Positions 50,401-58,300 of a stretch of 64,000 nt of DNA are shown piece after piece. A model generated the notes under the pieces. It was not told the DNA's origin and did no database searches. It saw only the letters and a program-made list of their open reading frames with translations. How positions within the stretch are numbered: position 1 is the stretch's first letter; each line of letters begins with the position of its first letter. Source of the DNA: Bacteroidota bacterium (GTDB lineage: Bacteria; Bacteroidota; Bacteroidia; NORP154); the NCBI GenBank assembly GCA_022572355.1, contig JACZWC010000011.1, positions 3,489-67,488 of the forward strand. Direction: 5' to 3'. The position numbers were made by a program, and so were the translations under genes.

Positions 50401-52310
50401 GAACGGCAACCATTCGCATTTGTAACAGTAACATCAAAATTTCCCTGACAGAGAGACACAACTTGATTCGTGGTGTCGCCGGTAATCCATTGGTAGGTGT
50501 AAGGCGCTCCGCCTCCTGAGGTCACTACCTGGGCATATCCATTGCAATTATTGTTGCAATCTACGTCGATCGTAGAAGAAATTGCAGCAATAAATAGCGG
50601 TGGATCAATGAGTACGACGGTGGCCACCGCAACACAAAAGTTGGAATCCGTGACCGTAATTGTATGCGATCCATCACACAAATTCACCGCTGTGGCATTG
50701 CTTTGAATCGGTGATGTATTCCATGAGTAACTGTAAGGTGTGGTTCCTCCGATGGCCACAACCGATGCACTACCGTCGCAGCTGTCTACACAACCCGGAT
50801 TAATACCGGTTGTGTTAAGTGCCAATACAGCGGGTTCTGTAATGATGACCGTTGCTGTAGTTTGGCATCCAGCAGAATCAAATATATCGACTGTAATGGA
50901 ACCAGCGCACAATCCCGTGCCAGTTGGAAGTGTTTGCCCATTGGGCCACAAATAGGTATATGCTCCTATTCCTCCGACAGGCGTTACCGTTGCTGTTCCA
51001 TCGCAAGAAGAATTACAAGTGGCATTGGTGCTTGACGTGATGCTAGCAGTAAATAAGGGAGGTTCAGTTATATTGACGGAAACCGTCGTTGTGCATCCAA
51101 GCATATCCGTCACAGTGACTATATACTGGCCCACCGTCAGGAATGTAGCGGTAGTACTTGTTTGGCCATTGCTCCATAAATAAGTATAGTTGGGTACACC
51201 ATCGGTAACGGTCACTGAAGCGGTACCATTATTTCCTCCAAAACAAGCAACATTAACCTGATTGGAAATATTTGCAGCTACAATTCCCCCATCCAAAACT
51301 ATTGTAGTTCCGGTGATCTGACAACCGTTGGCATCTGTAACTGTTACATTGTATGTGTTGTCAACCAGATTTGATATCATAGATGTTGTACCGCCATTGC
51401 TCCAGAGGTAGGTGTACGTCGTCGTTCCTCCAGTGACGTTAGCAGTTGCTGTTCCATCCGTACCATTTTGACATGAAACATTGGTAGAAGTGACCGTTAA
51501 CGCAAGCGCCAGCGGCTCAATGATAGTTGCATCTCCTGTTGTTGTAGCGCCGGTATTATCCGTAATGGTAACACTGTATAATCCCGGACATAATCCTGAA
51601 ATTGAATCTATCGTGATACCATTGCTCCATAGAAAAGTAAAAGGAGCTGTACCACTGGTAGGTGTTGCAATCGCCGTTCCATCACAAGCACCATTGCAAG
51701 TAACATCTGTAGAGGCCACCAATCCGGTAACCAATGACGCACAGGTCATATTATCAACCATGATATTGATATAGCCGCTACACGAGGTTATCCAAATTGG
51801 CCTGAAAGTAATGTAACACCAGTTTGATGTGGGGGTAAAAGTAAAGGTATATGTAATCCAGTTGGTGTGCATGATGGGCCCCACCTGGCCAAGAAGTTCG
51901 CCCTCATCACATAATCCACTACCACCGTAAATAGCGAATGAACTATAACAGTCTCCCGGAGAAGCCGTATTGTAGACGTCGCTATGGGCAAGATCTAAAC
52001 TGATCGTGTAAGTCTGGCCTGCCACCATACAGTTATCTAATATTTGGGTGGCACCTTCGAAATAACCACCTGCTGAGGCACCCGCTTGTAGAAAACTAAG
52101 GTATGTACTTCCGCTTGAGGCTGGCTGAGTAAAACCCCAAAAACCAGGTTGAGTATCTGGAGACCCACCGCAATTTCCCCAGGGGGTAGGAACGACGTGA
52201 GCCTGCGGAGTTCCCTCAAAATCTAAGTTTTGTGTACACAAATCGGGCTGAGCCACAGCAACCAGACTTATCAATAAAAATAGGGTTAAATTGACGAAAT
52301 ACTTATTCAT
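47412..52310 (-). CDS. SprB-repeat cell-surface protein with T9SS type-B C-terminal domain
   Basis: 1632 aa with a signal peptide. A unique N-terminal domain of about 190 aa is followed by 13 SprB repeats (CxGxxDGxAxxxxxGGxxPYTYxW), Ig-like and PKD domains (WDFDD). The C-terminus (about 47415-47715) reads FTPSAFAP...FDRWGDRIY...DVYVYLI. Confidence 0.9.
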   Translation of the reverse strand: MNKYFVNLTLFLLISLVAVAQPDLCTQNLDFEGTPQAHVVPTPWGNCGGSPDTQPGFWGFTQPASSGSTYLSFLQAGASAGGYFEGATQILDNCMVAGQTYTISLDLAHSDVYNTASPGDCYSSFAIYGGSGLCDEGELLGQVGPIMHTNWITYTFTFTPTSNWCYITFRPIWITSCSGYINIMVDNMTCASLVTGLVASTDVTCNGACDGTAIATPTSGTAPFTFLWSNGITIDSISGLCPGLYSVTITDNTGATTTGDATIIEPLALALTVTSTNVSCQNGTDGTATANVTGGTTTYTYLWSNGGTTSMISNLVDNTYNVTVTDANGCQITGTTIVLDGGIVAANISNQVNVACFGGNNGTASVTVTDGVPNYTYLWSNGQTSTTATFLTVGQYIVTVTDMLGCTTTVSVNITEPPLFTASITSSTNATCNSSCDGTATVTPVGGIGAYTYLWPNGQTLPTGTGLCAGSITVDIFDSAGCQTTATVIITEPAVLALNTTGINPGCVDSCDGSASVVAIGGTTPYSYSWNTSPIQSNATAVNLCDGSHTITVTDSNFCVAVATVVLIDPPLFIAAISSTIDVDCNNNCNGYAQVVTSGGGAPYTYQWITGDTTNQVVSLCQGNFDVTVTNANGCRSVASGIINEPPPLTLSMASTNVTCFGACDGNATATPSGGIGAYTYLWDDTNLQTNQMAAALCSQPGGAIIGVVVRDSNNCSISGSVLITQPTQIGLTQNIVSPTTCSDNNGSACVNAFGGTSPYVIAWSDSAGTVDSCVTGVYAGTYYAYVTDGMGCKDTLPIVINDIAGPAIDSIISPPLLCNGDNIGFAIIYISGGTPSFDYLWYDGGGTLIAQSLTFISGLSADNYSVTVIDNNNCTISDTFALIEPAFLASAIDSFANTSCFGVCDGTASVLVTGGVTPYTYSWTNAQTASVDSLMCAGAHNVSIIDNNGCSTISSINISEPPLLLTTIDVIDVSCNGGSDGSICLTPSGGTPGYTYSWIASGGSLSCLTGQAMGIYTVDISDLNGCIRTENIQINEPTMLMATATNSPSKCGYANGEATVNPTGGTQPWFYSWDDALFQSTQTATDLLAGTYNVTVTDANNCVVVVTNIVLFDIPGPVISGIATDSVKCYGDATGSATVSFTGGTLPFSYLWDDPAGQIGPTATGLSQGDVTVVITDLNGCVATMTVTVKEPVQLSAIVTMNATICFGENYTISGYGKDGTAPYIYYWDNGPTTSAQQVAPTTTTTYLFTVEDANACLANNSVIITVLDPITIVLDGVIICEGDNTTISAFASGGNGGPYTWVWNPLYSSETIAISPSATETYNVTVTDANNCSTPATASATVTVNPKPYPFFVAGCYPDQFNSQFNSDQSTVSSGTIDTYTWDFDDPTTGPLNTSNLTNPMHDFSSSGVYNVTLTVVTDQNCSATTQQSVFAPPLANFTITPLELSELNPSITIVDNSTYTDPSTSWQWDFDDDIIAGPGTGTINGVDYTTGIYTELEHEYQDTGRFFVLLTIEEPNGCKDTMGIWVDVKSNYILFTPSAFAPASRIDKNKFFKPSIIGIDEAEFEFIVFDRWGDRIYKYDGEYSQWMGWDGRANNGRKVAQMDVYVYLIRTTDLNGNDHEYIGHFTLIR
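48745..51735 (-). repeat. Array of 13 SprB repeats (about 77-aa period)
   Basis: Counted individually in the translation. The boundaries were checked by back-translating LVASTDVTCNGACDG (about 51735) and TVKEPVQLSAIV (about 48745). Confidence 0.85.
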
Positions 52311-52364
52311 TTTCCTCTGATTCTCAGAAAATAAGAACTAGCATTCCCAGCAGGCAAAGAGATA

Positions 52365-55300
52365 TTATTTAACTAACGTAATATTTCCCTTCTTCACAAC
52401 CTCTTCACCATCTTGAAAAGTTGCTTCCAAATAGTATACGAATACCTGAGGCGATAGTTCCCTACCTGCTTTTGTTCCATTCCATCCTTCACCGAAAGTG
52501 CTGCCGTTACCATCAGCCCTTTCACCAGGCTGGTCTCCAGCTGAGTGAGAAGTTTCAAATATTTTCTCACCCCATCGATCATAAATTACCAAGCTCAGCG
52601 TTTTGATACCAACTCCGCTGACAAATAAGACGTTGCTTTTTGTTATATCATTTGGAGCGAATATATTCGGTATGAACAGTACCTGGCTATTGGAAATTGA
52701 TACTACCCTTGTAATGGTACTAACACAGCCATCTACATCCGTGACCACAAGAGTTACATTATAATCTCCGGAATCGGAATACACGTGAGTTGGATTTTGG
52801 TCGATACTGGTACTATCTATTCCAGAGATGGGGTCACCAAAATTCCAGAACCAGCCCGTAACATTATCAAATGAAAGGTCCGTAAAATCCACTGGCGCCG
52901 TTGCATTTGGCGGAGTTCCACTCAATATTGCAGGATCAGGCGATTGGCTGAAATTTGCAGTTGGTGGTGAAACCGTGATGTAATTTGTGAGGGTCAATGC
53001 ATTTGTACAGCCTTTGTAGTCCGTAACTGTAACCGTTACAGTGTATGTCCCTGCCGTTGCATAAAAATGCGTTGGGTTATTATACATACCAGTTGTATTT
53101 GTAGAACCTGTAATTAATCCACTTCCAGGGCCTATGATTGTACCGTCTCCAAAATTCCATTCCCAGAAGTCTATCAATGTATCGCTGGGTATTGGACTAA
53201 AAGATGTAGTACCTTTGGAGGTGTCGATGAAAGTGATTGAACATCCAACCGTATTAACAGTATAGAATGCCGCAACAGGCGGTTGACTTAAAATTATCGA
53301 GGCATAAGTCGTATCGTTATACGAGCAACCATCACTTACTACAATCATAAAGTTTGTAGTTGTACTCGGCGATTGAGAAACAGTAGAAGAATCACCACCC
53401 AGCACCGTTCCAGAAGTAGTATTGGTTCCATCATCCCACGTCACAGTATAAGGTCCGCCATTTCCGGCAGTTGGGAAAGCGCTTAATGTTCCAGTTTGCC
53501 CATCACAAATTTCCACACTGGCTGAAGTAATTGATAATGCGGGATTGGCTAAAATTATTATTGTGTCTGAAGCAAAACATCCAAAGCTATCTGTTACAAT
53601 CACAATGTACGCTGTACTATCATCCGGCGAAACTGAATGAGTTGCAAGATTAGGTAGCGCATTATTCCAGCTATAGTTATAAGGTGGAGTTCCCCCGGTA
53701 GGGACTATTGTAATTTGTGCAGATTCCGCATCACAGATCAAAAATGCAGACTGAAAGGGCAATAAATTCATGGGTGCAGGTTCAGTTACCGTAACTATCT
53801 TAATATCCTGGCAACCGTTTGCATCCGTAACTGTGGCAATATATTGCCCTCCGGAAAGCCCGGTTGCAGTTGCATTCGTTTGTATTGGTGTAGTATTCCA
53901 AGTATAAGTGAAAGGTGTGGTGCCACTGCTAACAAGTACGGTCGCTGAACCTGTACCACCGCCATTACAAATTAAATTTACCACAACTGCCGAGTCAATA
54001 ATGGGGCCAGGAGTACCTGGAACAGTAACAGGTCCGCTTGATGTACAACCTTTGGCATCGGTGACAGTAACATCATACACACCTGCCAATAAACCGGTTG
54101 CCATTGAATCAGCTTGGGGAGGGCTTGTGTTCCATGAGTAAGTATATGCCGGAGTGCCTCCTGCAGGTGTAACAGTGGCTGAACCCTGTTGACTACCACA
54201 ATTGTCAGCTACAGTTACAGTTGTATCGATGATCAATTCTGAAGGCTCGGTTACTGTGGCGATTACAGTATCAGTACATCCTTTAAAATCAGTAATCACT
54301 ACTGTATCTGTTCCCGCAAGCAGGTTCGTTGCAGTAGGCACATTTCCAGCCGTTCCGGGAGGATACCAGGTAAAGGCATAAGGAACCGTTCCACCGGTTG
54401 GCGTTGGCAACAAGTCAATAATTCCGTCACTGCCACCATAACAGCTAATATTGGTAACCGTTGCTATTGCAGTGAGAGCAGCAGGCTCAGTTATTACGGC
54501 GCTGCTTGAGTCCTGGCATCCGTCTGCATCTGTTACCACCACAATATGATTCCCTGCGCAGAGAGAATCTGCCATTGGTGTAACATCCGTACTTGTGGGC
54601 AGCCAGCTATAGGTATACGGTAATGTTCCACCTGATTGTGAAACTGTTAGTCTACCATCACATAATCCGTTACAGCTAATATCGATTGTATTACTTAATG
54701 TTATGGCCGTAAAAACCGGAGATGGCTGATTAATAACTACTATTTCTGTAGTCAGACAACCACTGCCTCCATCGATAATAGTCACTGTATAAGTGCCGCC
54801 ACCAAGGTTTGGAACAGAACTGGCTCCAGCACCAAAGGCAATAGTATCCCCGTTGGCGTCTTTCCATAAATAGGTGATTCCTCCAGATGCATTTGAGAAA
54901 GAGGTTACTTCTGCAGATCCGATTGAATCGCCATAGCAGTTGTCATCAACAGTGGCGACGCTGTCAATTATAGCAGCACCTATATCATTGATAGCAACAA
55001 GCATAGAATCGAAGCAGAAGTTTATATCCACCACATATACTGTGTATACACCTGCAAATACGCTGTCTATACAGGTTCCAATAGGAAGCCCCGGAGCGCT
55101 CCATTGCACAAAATAGGGTACGTCACCGCCTGCAATATTCACACAAGCACCGCCATCCTGATTTCCACAATTGGAAGAGTCGACACTGGCAAGTATTATG
55201 CCCAGTGCATTCGGCTGAACGATCAATACATTCGCAAATGCGCTACAACCCGCAGTATCCGTTACGATTACCTGAAACACCCCGTCACACAGGCTGTCAG

Positions 55301-58300
55301 CCATGGCGGTTGTTTGGAAGTACAGATCATTCCATTCATAATTGTACGGAGGAAACCCTCCATTCACTGTCACCGTAGCAGTACCATCGCAAGCCCCATT
55401 GCACAATACATCTGATTTCGATATCGATAGTATCATGGCATTAGGCTGAGTAATTGTAGCGGATGTTACATCCAAACAACCGTTATCATCAGTTACAGTT
55501 ACGTCATAAACTCCAGGACATAATGCTACCGCTGTTGGCGAAGATTGTCCGTCGCTCCATACCCAAGAATAGGGAGATGTGCCACCGGATTGCGTCACGC
55601 TTGCGAAGCCAGTACAGTTTCCGTTACAGTCCACGTCTTGTGTAGCAAATATCGAGGCAATCAGCACATTCGGTTCATTGATTGTAACACTGGCTATCAC
55701 CGCACAGAGGTTGGCATCTGTAACTTGTATGTTATAAGTTCCAGCGCTCAGGCTGTCGGCAATTTGTCCATTGTCACCATTTGACCATGTGTAAGTATAG
55801 GCAATAGTTCCCCCTGTTGCCACAACAGTTGCTGAACCAGTAGCGTCACCATTACAACCGGGATCCACAGTTGTGAGCGTCAAGCTCAAAGCCAGAGGCT
55901 CCACCAACAAAAGATTATCCGATGCGGTACAATTATTCGTGTCAGTGACAACAATATTCAGTGCACCAGCACACAAGCCGGTGACATTATCATTTGTTCC
56001 TGTACCTGGATCATCCCACTGATAGTAATACGGTGATGTACCACCATTTGCTACCACAATTGCAACGCCGTCACAAGAACCATTGCAATTTGGATCGGTT
56101 AATATTGTTGCGGTTGCAATCAACTGACCGGGTTCAACGATGGTAACCGTGGCAGTTGAAGTACATCCGGTTGCATCAGTTACCTCAGCCACATGAATTC
56201 CTGCACAAAGGTTTACAGCAACTGCTGTGATCTGTCCTGTTGGACTCCATAAATAGGTATAAGGAGCTGTTCCACCTGTAGCCGCTACAGTAGCACCGCC
56301 GTCACACACGCCAAAGCAGCTTGTGCCGCTGCTGCCCGTTATCGTGGCAACGGCTCCTGCATCATCTGATATGGCAGCAGAACCCGAACCAATACAACCA
56401 GTTGCATCAGTTACAATAACTACATAAGGGCCCGAAGGTATTCCTGTAGCTGTCTGGTTTGTTTGCGTATTGATATCATCCCATGAATAAGTAAAAGGGC
56501 CCACACCATTTGTAACGTTGGCAGTAGCAGTTCCATCTGATTGCCCACAAGTGGCATTTGTCACGGTTGTTGCAACGATCACTGCCAGTGGCTCTGTTAC
56601 CGTGAATGTGTTAGAAGTAGTACATCCCAAACTATCAGTTAGTGTAATATTATAGGTGCCGTCGCACAATCCGGTGGCCGTTGAGGTAGTTTGCGTTCCG
56701 GAATCATCCCATAAATAAGTGTAAGGAGGTGTCCCACCGCTAGCTACGCCTGTAGCATCCCCATCACAAATATTGTTGCAATTGGCTGGATTCCCAGCCA
56801 TGTTAACCGCCAATACAAGCGGTTCATTAATTACAATTGAGTTGGATGATGTAATACCATTTGCATCTGTAATATCAACCACATACGTTCCGGCGCACAA
56901 ACCGATCAGATCTTCAGTTATCATGTTACCCGGCGTCCATAAGAACGTATAAGGTGGCACACCGCCGCTCACAGTCAGGTCTGCTTCTCCGTTACAATCT
57001 CCGTTACAATTCACATCAGTTCCGACGATAGTGTCGCTAATAGCCGACGGTTCGGTTATCGTAATACAATCCGTAGATACACAACCGGCATTGTCGGTAA
57101 TTGTGATACACACAGTACCGGCACACAGGCTGTCTGCTGTTGCTGTGCTCTGTAAAAGTGGATCATTCCAGGAATACGTATATGACGGGCCGACTCCTCC
57201 TGTCATCGTTCCTATTGCAGCTCCATCACACAATCCAAATCCCGAAGCATTATTAATCAGGGTCACAGTGGTAACACCTCCCGGCAGGTCATTGACCACA
57301 TCAGTAGCAGTGGCGCTACAATTATTTGCATCGGTAACTGTTACGCTATAAGTAATTCCTCCGAACAAACCTGTGGCGCAGTCGTTGGTTTGGGTACCTG
57401 GATCGTTCCAAACGTATGTATACGTTCCTGTTCCACCAGCGGCAGTAACACATACAGATCCATTGGCTAAACCGCAATAGGCATCGACAACTGTAGTAGT
57501 TAAGGTAATCGCGGTTGGCTCGCCAAGTACTACACTTATATTATCGGTACAGCCATTGAGGTCTGTGACTGTAACGGTATAAGTACCGGCAACAACATTG
57601 GTTATGTCTTCAGAGATAGGCCCATTTGACCAGAGGTAATTGTATCCAGGTGAACCACCACTTACTGTTAAATTTGCTGAACCGTTTGATCCGCCATTAC
57701 AGCTTGGGTCTGTACCTGCAATGGAAAGAACCAAGACAGCAGGCTCACCTAATGTAATGGTGGCTGTAGCGACACAGCTCAGTGAATCTGTAACTGTAAC
57801 TGTATACAAAATACCTGCGGATAAACCGGTTCCAGTAACCAGGGTGCCTCCTGTAGGTCCCCATGAATAGGTATAACTTCCAGAGCCACCGGAGACGGTA
57901 ACAGTAGCCGTTCCATCAGATCCTCCAAAACAATTTGGATCGCTGGATGTGAGAATGGCAGCACTTAACAATGGCGGTTCTGTAATTACTACAGTAACGG
58001 CATCGGTACATCCGGCATTGTCAAATACAGTAGCTGTCCATGTTCCTGCTGTAAGACCAGTAGCGGTAGCATTGGTTTGCACCGGAGATGTATTCCAACT
58101 ATAAGTATGAGGTAGCAATCCGCCTACGGCTGATACTGTTGCCGAACCATTATTTCCCCCGTTACAGAATACCATATTGTCAACTACGACACTGGCGGTA
58201 ACCGAAGCAGTTGTATTCACCGTAACGGCACCTGTATTTGTACAACCATTGACGTCAGTGACAAGCACATTGTATCCGCCACCAAAAAGTGTTACTGCAC

